This document shows positions 38,615 to 50,717 of a stretch of 64,000 bases of DNA, piece after piece. Under the pieces are notes generated by a model. It was given only the letters and a program-made list of their open reading frames with translations, made no database searches and had not been told where the DNA came from. The stretch's first letter is position 1, and each line of letters starts with the position of its first letter. Position numbers and translations under genes: made by a program. The DNA is from Isurus oxyrinchus (Eukaryota), in contig JANJGN010000116.1 of NCBI GenBank assembly GCA_026770705.1, forward strand, positions 682,001 to 746,000. The letters run 5' to 3'.

Positions 38615-39490
38615 CTAACGGCCCAGTACATTATGCTCCTTTTCATTGTAGGAGCTCGAAAATTAGCTACAAATTTGCCTCAGGCCGCTGTAGAGAAGCG
38701 GTAGAGGATCTGGAGGCATTTCACAGGACTTCCTGATGTTCAGTTCCACTGACTGCAATATCAGATGTGGACCCGCCGGTCCAATTTTGCGCGCCTACCA
38801 TTTGTTTTTTTTCAGCTGCCCAATATTTAATTTAAATCTTTATATTTCCGGAAAGAGCTGCCAAATGTTATTCAACACTGCCCATGCCTCGTGCAACTCA
38901 CGTGATGCCGCTGGCCCGTTAGGCTTTGCTTATATTTCTCCTAATTCTGCAAAGTTTCAGTAACGAATTACACAGCAATTCGGAAAAGAATATTGAATGA
39001 GATATTGGTCGTTATCATTTTTAAATGCACTTTGAACACCTCACGCTTAAACAGGCTGCCTGGACGGAAGGTGCAAAAGAAAGTCTTTCACCTATTTCAC
39101 CAAACGCTCCGCTTTGGCAAAGCTAAATCAGGCATACATCCCAGAATGTGGCAGAGGGATTTTCCGGTGACATTGAGGCACCTGGGAGATTCTTTGGGGA
39201 TGCTTTGTAGCAAGTGGAAGCTCTGGGAGCCGCATGATTGGTTCTTGAAGCTTATGTTTTACAAATTACCTTTCAATGATTTTCCAAAACTTCACCTGTC
39301 GCCAGAGTAATTTCCATATTAAGGAGCGTTAGCAAGGTTCTAAACGGAAAACAACCAGATATCGTTTAATGAGCAGCTCATTTTTAAAAGCGAGTGAGAA
39401 GTCTGCGATAATGAAATAAATTTCAAGGACGCTCATATTTTATTAAATGCATAGAGCCTCGCCTCCCGCGCCTAATTTGCTGTTCTGCTG
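38615..39490. mobile_element. Unclassified CpG-rich interspersed element within the intron of the orphan GPCR exon
   Basis: Compositional shift with no protein homology recognised. Family assignment is not possible by eye. Confidence 0.3.
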
Positions 39491-39624
39491 GTATTAGTGA
39501 TTTACTCCAACGTCTCTGTGATTATATAATGACGGTGCAATCAGAAAGTTATTAAAATACCTTATAGCGGCCAAAACTGTCATGAAGCCGAACAATTTTT
39601 CATCAACAGGATTCTCCGACTGAC

Positions 39625-39694
39625 CAGGAACACCAAAGGTTGCGAGAAGAGGATAGAACATGTCCTTTATCAGGAGGATTGCCGCTTGTAAAAT
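39625..39694 (-). pseudogene. Orphan exon 1 of a third GPR139/142-like GPCR
   Basis: (I)LQAAILLIKDMFYPLLATFGVP then G|GTCAGT donor. It is 70 nt and aligns codon-for-codon with 12720-12789. The start-codon position reads ATT. Confidence 0.85.
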
Positions 39695-40579
39695 TTTATC
39701 AAGAACAGGTGAATTCTGATCCAACTGAAGTGCATGTTAGACTCATTAACAAACGCATTTTTTTTTTTTGGTTACTCGATGCCCGAGCACGGAAAAATGA
39801 AACATCGTTTTACTTACAGTCACTGAACAATTGTTGGTATATTTTCTGCTTCAGCCCACCCGGGAGCAGCAATTGGGAAATGGCACATCTCAGTTCATGA
39901 ACGTCCATCCTTTACAATCACGAAATGGAATGTACTACAGGCGCAGAGTTAATGCTTAATGTGCACAGGCCAAATCTCTTGAGTGCAAGTTCCTCCTGGA
40001 CATTGGGTTAAACACTTGAGGGTGGATGCTCAACAGAAATTTTGAACAGTGTAATCATTCACTCTATATTTAAAATTAGATCTTTCTGTTATTGGCGCCA
40101 ACGCTACACTAACGTTTTTGTTAGCAACCCAAATTTAGCTTTATTGATGCTGATCCTATTCTAACTTTATTGCGTATGATGCTATTGTGGTATTAATATT
40201 CCTGAACCTACTGTATTATTGCTGGTAGTGAGTAATCTCTTTGATTGCTGACAGTGTTCATACACAAACGTAAATGGAAGTTACACTAGGCTAACATTCC
40301 AGACTGGGACCCTTTTTAAAATCAAGATGATTCGAATCCTGTCGTGTTCTGTGATGTCCCTCCATCTCTACAGACTTGCAATGTTCGTTCGTGGATGATA
40401 TTACCAAGACATGAATGCAAAAAAGACTCACGAGAATGTTTCCACGATATGAATGGTTGAACAATCAGACAAACTGATCAAGCAAAAGGCTGACATAGTC
40501 ATACACACTGAATCGTTGCAATATTCTAGAAACCATTGCAGGCCATGTCCTGCTCCACCAGCAGGGCCAACAACACCAC

Positions 40580-40819
40580 NNNNNNNNNNNNNNNNNNNNN
40601 NNNNNNNNNNNNNNNNNNNNNNNNNNNNNNNNNNNNNNNNNNNNNNNNNNNNNNNNNNNNNNNNNNNNNNNNNNNNNNNNNNNNNNNNNNNNNNNNNNNN
40701 NNNNNNNNNNNNNNNNNNNNNNNNNNNNNNNNNNNNNNNNNNNNNNNNNNNNNNNNNNNNNNNNNNNNNNNNNNNNNNNNNNNNNNNNNNNNNNNNNNNN
40801 NNNNNNNNNNNNNNNNNNN
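40580..40819. other. Assembly gap (240 N)
   Basis: Run of n characters. Confidence 1.
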
Positions 40820-41904
40820 CGTGCATTAAACAAGGAGTTAGCTTTGGAGTACATAAAATTGTATCTTGGACCCCATGAAGTCTCGTAAAACCACTGCAAA
40901 CAACAACAAGGAAACCTCCCACAGATTAGCACCTACTGATTCCTTAAATTTCTTTAGAATTCTTTCTAGGTCATCGTTGCCAAGTTCAGCAATTGTTTGT
41001 CCATCTCTAATTGCCATTGACAAACTATTGATGAACAGCCTTCCTGAATCACAACAGTCCATTCTGTGGGAGTTTAGTTCAATCGAATGACTTGCGAGGG
41101 GACAGTAAATAGTGAAACACATTGCCAGGCGTTTCGACTGACAAGGAGACCAGGCTAGCTCAGGTCGGGGGATGCCCTTTGCTACTGATGGTCATTAGCA
41201 AACTTTGTGCATATTGAATATATTTTGCATCGGATGGGAGGAGTGTGCAGCTCATCCAAGCCCTCTATTCCACAGGTCCTACCATTCATGCAAATGTATA
41301 ATTCATGTTGCATCAACGTTTTACTTAATTTACAGGGCCTCCATCCAATTCTGCCAAGCTTCTTGGCCTTCCAAGTTGCAAAGTAACATTAAATATTAAG
41401 CCCCTTTTCCTTGCCATCCTGCAGCCATGCCTCTGTAATGGCTGCCAGAACACACATATGGAATTCGATTATTAATGTCAATTCTCTGTTTTTTTCATGA
41501 ACGTCATGTCCTGATCATCATTTCCTTCTCACGACCGTGTCATTTTGCCTTGGCTTCTCTACTTGTTTTATCACATCTTCCAAAATCTGACCCATTGCCC
41601 ACACGATTTAATATAAAGCTCCTTCCAATGGCCAAAGTATATGCCTTGGCAGAACGCTCGTGCCATCTAGTTTCAGGTAAAGACTTCTCGAAAGATACAG
41701 CTACCACTTTTCTGTAATGCCTGTAAGATTATGGATGTTTATGTCTATTTGTGCTGCCAATATTTTTGTTTGTTTATGAACGCATTGTGAATTCGGACAC
41801 AGAGCTTTTACTTCATGTTTTTGTAACTTCAAGCCTTATCATAAGGAAATGGACCTTCCCCATTCGTGGCACACTCTGTCCATCAAATTCCGCATTACCT
41901 CATC

Positions 41905-43060
41905 CAAGATGCCACATCAAAGGAAATAACGAAAAGTATAAGTTCATGGCGTAGCGTTAACAGATTAGTCTCCATACTAGGTTGTTCTACCCGGAAAAAA
42001 AAAACAAAGTATTATGCATCGAATTTTCGTTTGTTTTTTCTGACAAACCAGATGTGACGAGTGGATTGCAGCAGGCGTTAATGCTGGAGCCTTAACCTTT
42101 TCAGTGCTCATCAATGACATGGATGTGGCGAGTGAAGGTGTGGTACCTAACTTTGACAGATTATATATAGGTTGAGTAACTGGCCAAAAATATGGCAGAA
42201 AGAGTGTTTTATATTCATTATTGGGAGATGGATGTCGCTCGCCATCGCAGCACAGGTATGGATGGAATTTGAACACTGGTCCCCAGAGCATATTCCTTTT
42301 TTATGCATTATTGGCCCAGCGACAACACCAGTGTACCATCGTGTGTGGGAAAATGCGAAGTTGTACGGCTGCAGCATTCTGAGTGCAGAGGAGTCTACGT
42401 GTTCCCATGCTTGTGTAGCATGAGATTAGCATGCAGGTACAACAAATAAATAAGAGAGCTCATGGAATGATGTGCCATGTTATGAGAGGAATACAGCATG
42501 GGAGCAATAATGTTATTCCTCAGTTCAATATGGCATTGGTGAGACCGCACCTCAAGGATTGCTTGCAAATTTGGTCTCCTTGTTTCAGGAAGGATGTACA
42601 TGAATTGGTAACGTTTCAGAAGGGGGTCACTGGATTGATGCCTGGAATGTGCGAGTTTTCAAACGAGGAAATGCTCGACAGTCCGGGCCTGTTTCTACTG
42701 GAGATTTCAAGAGTGATTGGTGACTTGTTTGAAGAATTTGATATCCTGAACCATCGAGAAAATGTCGACGTAGAAAAGATGATTCCACTTGTCATTGAAT
42801 CCAGAACTTGGGGACTTTTTAATCTTTGTACCGACTATTTTGGACAGAGATGAGGAGATTTGCTTTCTCCCAGACTCTGGTGGAAGCGAATTCATTGTAC
42901 CTGCTATGGCAGAGGTAGATGGCTCCGTGTTAAGAAAATAAATCAAACATTGTCGGTATTGCTTAGAATGTAGATATCGAAACAAAACCATATCAGCCAT
43001 GATTTTGTTGAACTGTAGAGCAGGCTCAATACGCTGAACGGCCAACCTGTGCTCATATTC
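41905..43060 (+). mobile_element. CR1 LINE RT to 3' end
   Basis: ORF 42431-42853: MALVRPHLKDCLQIWSPCFRKDVHELVTFQKGVTGLMPGM...GDLFEEFDIL. Confidence 0.88.
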
Positions 43061-43149
43061 AGAATGTTTCTCTGTTTTTCTGTTCTCGCTTGAATAACTT
43101 TGTGTACGATGCTCAATTTATTCCCCCATCCTGAATCCACTATACCCAT

Positions 43150-43560
43150 CCATATAGGCTGCAAGAGCATCGAAACTCTTGGACAATTGAAAAGCTGAGG
43201 CTCCAACACTTTAACCTTCTTGGTAATCACACCAGCATCACTTGCAGTCATGTCCTCCTGCCCTTGCCACTGATCCAATCAGAAGATGCTATCCCAAATT
43301 GTGTGACTGACTACTTGTAAATAAGTCAGGATTATCCTGCACCACCAACAGGCTGGATCATCCACCGCTATATTCCACTATATTCCCTGTGGCGGGCTTC
43401 TTTACAGCGGGTTTGGAAAGCCCCACCATCCAAGTAAATATTCCCTTCCATGTAGCATAGCAGTGTTTGCAGGTCGACCTCCAGGTCACTGACAATGCGT
43501 CCAATTGCCTCGAGATTTAGACAGACAGTACAAGCAATAACGCCCAGGGTCACTCTGTTT
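43150..43560 (-). mobile_element. CR1 ORF1 N-terminal fragment (zinc finger/leucine zipper)
   Basis: ACTVCLNLEAIGRIVSDLEVDLQTLLCYMEGNIYLD resembles the CxxC plus coiled-coil segment of CR1 ORF1. Confidence 0.6.
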
Positions 43561-43944
43561 ACCAGAAAATCACATTTTCTGCAGTCGCAACATATAACCT
43601 GCCATGCTTTCTTTATTTTGTATAATAAATAATTTCTTAATTAATTTGTAAGTAATGAACACTGCTTCAATGACATTTGAAAGCACTACCACAACTATCG
43701 TGTCTTTGCAATTTCTCACAAAGCACATCAGTTCTGAAAATGAATAAATGTGTGATGTCACACTTTGATTTCTCTAAGAATGCGACTGCTCCATTCTGGA
43801 ACCTCTGAAAGGAATGGATTGGAAAACATTTCTAATTTGCCTTGATGTCCTTTTTCGCATGCATTTATGTGCTTTTCTTACCTCCACATGGTTTTGTTTT
43901 TACCATATCTGCTAGGTGGCAGTTAGTGCTGTTAAGGCCTCATC

Positions 43945-43990
43945 CACCCCTCCCCCCCCCCCGCCCCCCCCCCCCCCCCCCCCCCCCCCC
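43945..43990. repeat. Poly-C tract
   Basis: Directly visible. Confidence 0.95.
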
Positions 43991-45569
43991 CAACACGTTA
44001 GATATTGCATTCGGGTCCTCATTCGTCTGTTCTAAAATGTTTCATTACGAGGCATGTCTACGTTTTAATTTTTGTGCACTAGCCACCGGTTTAGTGTCTG
44101 TCAGGCCCTTCGTTTTCAACAATCGTCCACTATTTTTTTTTCTCGTAATTGCAATGCATGTGCCAGTTATGTTTGAACTTTATCGGTGACATTGCCATGT
44201 CCTCTGTTCCCTTTTTAATTTTCCTTGCTTGCTTTCAACTACAGTTCTTTTATACTGCTGCAGACATTTATCAGAATGCATCTCTCAGTATCTGATTCAG
44301 AATTAAATTGACTTGCTTGGGTCGGTAGATTTGGCATTCATACCCAATTTGTTTTGCGATGAAATTATATATTTTTCACAACTTTTTTCTCCTTTATTGT
44401 AAAGTACATTTATATGGGTAAATATAGATCGTTTTCTGTGTTAATTAATTACATTTGTAATCAAACAGGTTACAGGCTTTAAAACATCAAAAGATGCAGT
44501 TGCTTCATAACTAAAGAGTAACCATTGACGCTGCATTAGCATGTAAGGTATGAAGGGAATTTGCATTTTTAGATAAATTAAGGGTTAAATGATTTTAAAA
44601 GCATGTTAGTGTGTTTAAAATTACCGAGGTAATCAATGCAAGTGAATGTGTTTAATTTTTGCAGACATTGCGGAAAATATATGTTGGCAATATAAATGTT
44701 TTAATATTATAAGGAATATAGAAATTCAAAGACATATGGAACAACAAATTCTACATATTTATAAGATCCGAACATATATACAGGTGAACGAAAGGTTATG
44801 TGTTGGGTGAAAATTCCAACAGGACTGAGTGAAATAGACGTAACGAAATCTCCAGAATTTTTCCATAAGTCTGCTATATAACGAAATGGAAGTCGGGGAA
44901 GATTAATTTTGAATTGCACTGTCCCGTTGGTTTTGGGTAAATTTGCGTTTCCTATTTCAATTCAGAATTTTGTTTTGGACTGCTGCCTTAAATGAAGTAC
45001 ATTTGGGAGTCATGCTATCCTGGAATTTGAGGAGTTATTGTCGTGGAAAGTATTTTTTCCTATGACGTGCATGCTTGAAATCATTTTTATCTTGCTTAGA
45101 AATGGTTGATTTTTTTCTACATCTCAAAATTCTTTGTGGATTCATTACTTTTGAATTCAGTGCACACAGCTTGCAGCAAATATAAATGGTAACTAATTTC
45201 TGATAGCTTGATCAAGATTCCATCGTGGATTTGGTCCGCGGTTACACATCTTCAGTCACTTCATAAAATATTAGGATTTTTTTGCCGAATATTTGAAGGT
45301 CCTTGATTGGTTTGGAGTTGGTGAATAGAAAGTGTATGATTACAAGAAGCACATTGAATTCAGGAGTTGGGGGACTGATTTTAACGAGATAAAACTACAC
45401 ACAATGGCTGCATCCATAAGTAAAACTTTTCTGGGAGTAGAAATGATAATTGCGATGGCGTTACAAAAAATACCAAAGTGCAAGTTAACAGAATTGTTGA
45501 ATACATTGCTGTTGAGGCTATAGGTAGCAACAAAGCAGACAGGTATATTTTAAGTTAAACTCCTGAAGG

Positions 45570-45725
45570 CATGGCATAGAGCAAAATCTATGGGCCTGAC
45601 AATATTCCAGCAACAGTCCTGATTACTTGTGCAACAGAACTTGCAGCACCCCTAGCCAAGCTGTTCTAGTAGAGCTACAACATCGGCATCTATCTGGCTA
45701 TGTGGAAAATTGCCGAGGTATGGCC
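45570..45725 (+). mobile_element. Fragment of the second LINE family nested in the Gypsy element
   Basis: AKSMGPDNIPATVLITCATELAAPLAKLF, the same family as 36500-37985 and 53250-54830. Confidence 0.75.
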
Positions 45726-48700
45726 CAGCATTTGAAGTTGGAAGTCATACATGACAGGAGCTAGTCAAAGCTGGTGAAAGTCAGACTTATGTTACAAATG
45801 AATAATTATAAATTTGAACCAGCAATGGAAATTCATTTTTAAAAAAAAAAGCTGGGACTGAAGATAATATAAAAAGAAGGGGCAGAGAAAGAAAGAGAAA
45901 CATAAAGTGTATTTAAAAGGTAAATGAAAATGTGAAAATTCGACCTTCAGAGAGAAAAGGGGGCAATGGAGAAGAAGAAGGAGGGAGAATGAGAATGACA
46001 TCTGGACTATAAAGCGTAGACCTGAGCTGACGAATGTTTCCATGATGAGAAAAACTTCAAACTAAAACCCACTGTGGAGAGGTTCAAATTCGTGCAAAAT
46101 CTTCCGAATTTTGAGGACGGGGAAGTAGAGGTGCTCTTGAGTTTATGTCAAAGGATAACTAAGAATATTTAAAGGCCACAAGAACATTGTGCGTTTCTTT
46201 TACAGAATATGTTACTGGGTGGACCTCATGGTGTTCATGCTTCACAGTCAGAAGAATTTAATTGGATTACGTTGCAGTAAAACAGCACTTTTTGAGTGCA
46301 GAAGAATTGGTTCCTGGGGGGTACAAGCAGAACTTTCGCAAGAAAAAAAACGCTCTTAGCAAACTTATATTGTGTTTGAGATCGTAAAACAAAGTTATTT
46401 TGATCTTTGGATAAGTGCATTAAAAGTAAAGACAAGACAGGTGTCTCTGAGAGAAATAATCCTTTCGGGAAAAAATTGAGATTCGGTCCCATTAGTCGGG
46501 AATAGTCATGTGAAGGAGCAAAGCCTTAAAGCAGTATAACAAGCAACAGATATATCTGATGGTTATCAGTTAGTTCATAGATATAAGCCTTTATTTCGTA
46601 AGATTTTATAAAATCAGGGAACCACAGATAGTGAGAAGCTGAAATGAATGCAAGTAATAAGGGTAGAGAAGGTGTATTTGGGAATTCCTAGGGAGTTTTG
46701 TCACATAATACAAAAGGAAGGTTCTGAGTATGAAAGCAGCCCATGGAACCTGTGGTATCTTCATTGTAACAAATTTGGGCATACGAAGACAATGCACTGG
46801 AGATTAACGGGAAAAGCTGCTGCAATAACTGGAATGCAGAAAAATCCTGGAATTAAGTGTACCGTGGCTCTTGTGGTCCAGACACAGGAAGAAAAACAAA
46901 GGACAAAAAAACAGTGGTTTGCGTACAGATAAAACAGGAAGGATCAGTGATACATAAAGAAGTAGGAGTGTGTTAACAATTTACCCCGGGGGTGCTCTGA
47001 ATTCCTGATTGCAGAACTGTTTAAACGTTTTGTATGTGTAGGGTTAGTTTTTACATTTGTGCAGCGTGGAGCAGGTCAAAATACTCACATTTTAAGGGAC
47101 ACAGGGGATAGTCAATACGAACTGATATTGGGTAGTGTTATTTGTATCTCAAGGGGAGCAATGCAGGAACAAATGGTAAAAAGCGGGGCTGTAGAGATGC
47201 TAAACATTTTCCTTGCCGGAAGTTAAATTTAAACAGTGTATCCGTAAAAGATGAGGAGATTGTTGGAGTGCAAAATTTTCCATTGTGGAGGTACACTTTA
47301 TTTTAGATCATTATATAGCTGGGCAGCTTGGAATGTGAAGCATACTTTATTTGAGCATTCTGTATTATGCATTGAACAGAAATGTTGAAGAAAGAGCATT
47401 TTGGATTGTTTCCAGATTGTGCACTCACAAGATCACTAGTTCACACGTGGAAACAGGAAGAAGAGCAAGGTTAAAGACAGGAGAAACATGCTAAAGCTCA
47501 ATCAGCTGACACGACCTCTGATAAAATTGTTCAGGGAGAAATAATTGAAGATAATGAAGCTGAAGTGTTTACTTTAAGCCATTTGGTAGAGCCACAACTA
47601 AAAGGTCCACGAATGGCATAGTTATATCAGACAGCTCACTCAGAAACAGAGGGAGAATGTATTCCAAAATGGTACTACCTAAAGGGCAATATGTTAATAA
47701 AGAAATTGTGACCATATCAAGTTCTGGCGGGTAAAAATGGATGTAAGTGCATCAGGTTGGTATACCAGCTGGGTTTATAAATTGGGCATTAAGAGTAGCT
47801 CTGGGAATTCCAATAGGGCGAATTTAGGAATTAGAAATACACAGAAGAGAGAAAAAATATTTCCATTGTTCTGGATTGCATAGAGATGTAATGACATTCG
47901 ATAGATCATGTCACACATGGCAGGTGATAGGCAACCTTCAAGCAGGCATCTTGAACACCAATTCCATCACTGCAGCAACGTTTTTTCTAGTGTTATGGAT
48001 GATTGTGCAGGACAGCTCCCTAAGGCGAAAAGTGGAAATCTGTTCTTGCTAACAATAATGGATATGGCAACATGGATTGAACAGGCGATACCTTCGGGAA
48101 ACATTGCAGAAGCGAATTTTGGAGGAAGTAAAATTTTTTTCCAAGAAACATGCTTTACCTAAAGAAATGCAATCCGATCAGCGGTCAAAATTCATGTCAT
48201 AGCTGTTTTCAGAAGTAACGACCTTCTTGGGGATAAAAAAAATAAGGCAAGAACCTATCATCCTGAATTATAAGTGACTTTGGAAAAAATGCACCAACAT
48301 TTAAAAACAACTATGACGGCTTATCATCAAGTATGGATTGGTTTAGGGGTGTTCCAGTCGTGCTGATTGCTCCTTGTGTTGCTCCTCATGCATCTATTAG
48401 ATTTATACCGTTCGAATTAGTTTATGGTCAAGAGGTAAATATAGGAGTAAAGTTCATTAAACGGAAATTTGTTGGTCAAAATTCGGAAAATACTCTCCAT
48501 GATTATGCATCAAACTTCAACGAAATATTGACCACAGCATGCTAGCAGGTTAGGGAACATTTAAAGCCAACAGAACATGTGATTAAAGTAAAGGTAGAGA
48601 GGAGAGCCACTGCTTGTATTTTATTTTTAAATGAGGCAAAATTTACGTTTTGTCACCAGTGCGGGGTGAATTGTTAAAAGGAAAGTTTGTTGGGCGTTAC

Positions 48701-50329
48701 AGGATTGACAGAATACTGAGTGAAATAAATTATTGAATTAGTACTCCAGCTGGAGGGAAGACACAGTGCGTGTGTCATGCAAATATGCTAAAATATCACT
48801 ATGACAAAGAGAAGCAAATTGAGGCATTGTTGTGGTAGATTTAGAGAGAGAAAGTTATAAATGAAGGATTCTGAAAGTTCATCGAACCACATTTTTCATA
48901 TGGGATACTTCTACTGTAAAGGTACAACAGAGTTATCTTCCAAACAAGCTTTGAAATGATATGGAGAAAGTATTGCACTCGTACAAAGCTACTACAGGAA
49001 AAGATAACGAGGCCAAATTTAGCTACACATAATTTTGGTGTAGGGGAGTAAATTTCAATAAAATAAACTTCCTGGTTGATTAAACCCACCAAAGTTATCG
49101 CAAGAAGAGAAAGTAACAGAATTCATTCTTAAAATTACATTATTTTGTCTCAGTGCTGTAATTAGATTTTGCATATTGTGATGGTACCACAACCAGGTGG
49201 AACTCAGAACTGTGAGGGGACTATTTTAAGTTGAATGTAGTGACAAAAGTTGATTTCTATCCCATACCATAGTTGGGAAATTGCTTTGAGGCATCGGAGC
49301 AATCAATCTTCATCACAAACTCTGACTGGCTGAAGCATATGGGCAAGTAGAGTTATCAGAGAAGGCAGAGGAGATATCGCTTTCTTTTGTTTTGCCAAGT
49401 TGATTACATCAGTTTAATTAATGCCATTCGGTATGAAAAATGCACCAGCATCATTTCAAACATTGAGAAAGTCATTGCACGGCTGAGCAATTGGACTATC
49501 GATTTTGATGGCTTGATAGTTTTCAGCCAGGCGTGGAAGAGCATTTACAACTGGAAGAATTACTTAACCATTGCAAGAATCCAATTTGGTGGCGAAGCGG
49601 ATTTACAAAAGTACAAGTTACATTTCATTTGACCTCTAATGGTGGCTCAAAGAGCAATGAATGTCAAAGCCAATGCAGGATTCCCCGTTCCGACAACAAA
49701 TTGAAAAGTTCTAAGATTTCTGCAATGATGGGTTTTACTGGACGTTTGTACCACATTGTAAGTGTACGATTGCTCCATTAGCTGACCGATGAAGAAGACA
49801 ACATGTAGTTTCAATGAACACTGGAGAGTCTGAAGTCATGTGACAGATTAAAAACTGTATCAACTACGACACCAGTTTTGGCAGTAGGCAAAAATGCCAA
49901 GTAATTTAAGTTGGCTGTTGACGCAACTCATGCAGGCAATGGCGCTTTGCTGTTGCAAGAATATGGAACCGAAAATAAAAATAAAGAAAGTTGAAATGCA
50001 CATCAAAGAATATGTTAAACGATCGAAAAGGAGACACAAGGCCTGGTCTTAGCGTTGCAAAATATTGAAGTTTATTTGCAAATAGTTCAAAAGAAATAAT
50101 TGCTTATACAAAGAACAATCCTTTAAAATATCTGGACAGGTTTCGAGGCCGACGTGCAATAGTATTCAGATGAAACTTTTAACGGCCATCATGCAAAGCA
50201 CATTCAGTGCATTCGACTGTTTGAGAAAGTCTAATTGCAGCTGCATTCATGCTTACAGATGATGGGGAAATTGGAGATTTCAAGGCTGGACAATAGGCTG
50301 AAGTAACTTCAGTTGACTCAAATCTGTCA

Positions 50330-50717
50330 GAATTCTTTTCATGAGCTAACGAGTAGGGTAGACAAAGAAGAGCCAATGGATGTTATCTACTTGGACTTCC
50401 AGAAGGCCTTTGACAAGGTGCCGCACAGGAGGTTCCTCAGTAAGATAAGAGCCCATGGTGTTAGAGGCAAAGTACTTGCATGGATAGAAGATTGGCTGTC
50501 TGGAAGCAGACAAAGAGTGGAGATAAGGAGGTCCTTCTCAAAATGGCGGCTGGTGACTAGTGGAGTTCCGCAGGGGTTAGTGTTGGGACAACAACGTTTC
50601 ACTTTATACATTAAAGTTCTAGATGAAGGAACTGAGGGCATCGTAGTTAAGGTTACGGAAGATACAAAGATAGCTGGAGGCACAGGTAGTATTGAGGAGG
50701 GGGCAAGGCTGCAGAAA
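50330..50717 (+). mobile_element. CR1 RT fragment at the Gypsy pol/3' LTR junction
   Basis: DVIYLDFQKAFDKVPHRRFLSKIRAHGVRGKVLAWIEDWLSGSRQRV...VTSGVPQGLVLG. Confidence 0.92.

Noticed and set aside
39494-39724. 76-aa TTG-initiated ORF as a standalone gene
   Set aside because: Only 39625-39694 is GPCR exon; the rest is UTR and intron readthrough.
40428-40932. Long ORFs on both strands
   Set aside because: Artefacts of reading through the N gap.
43842-44189. Polyproline ORF
   Set aside because: Produced by a poly-C tract, with no other coding signal.
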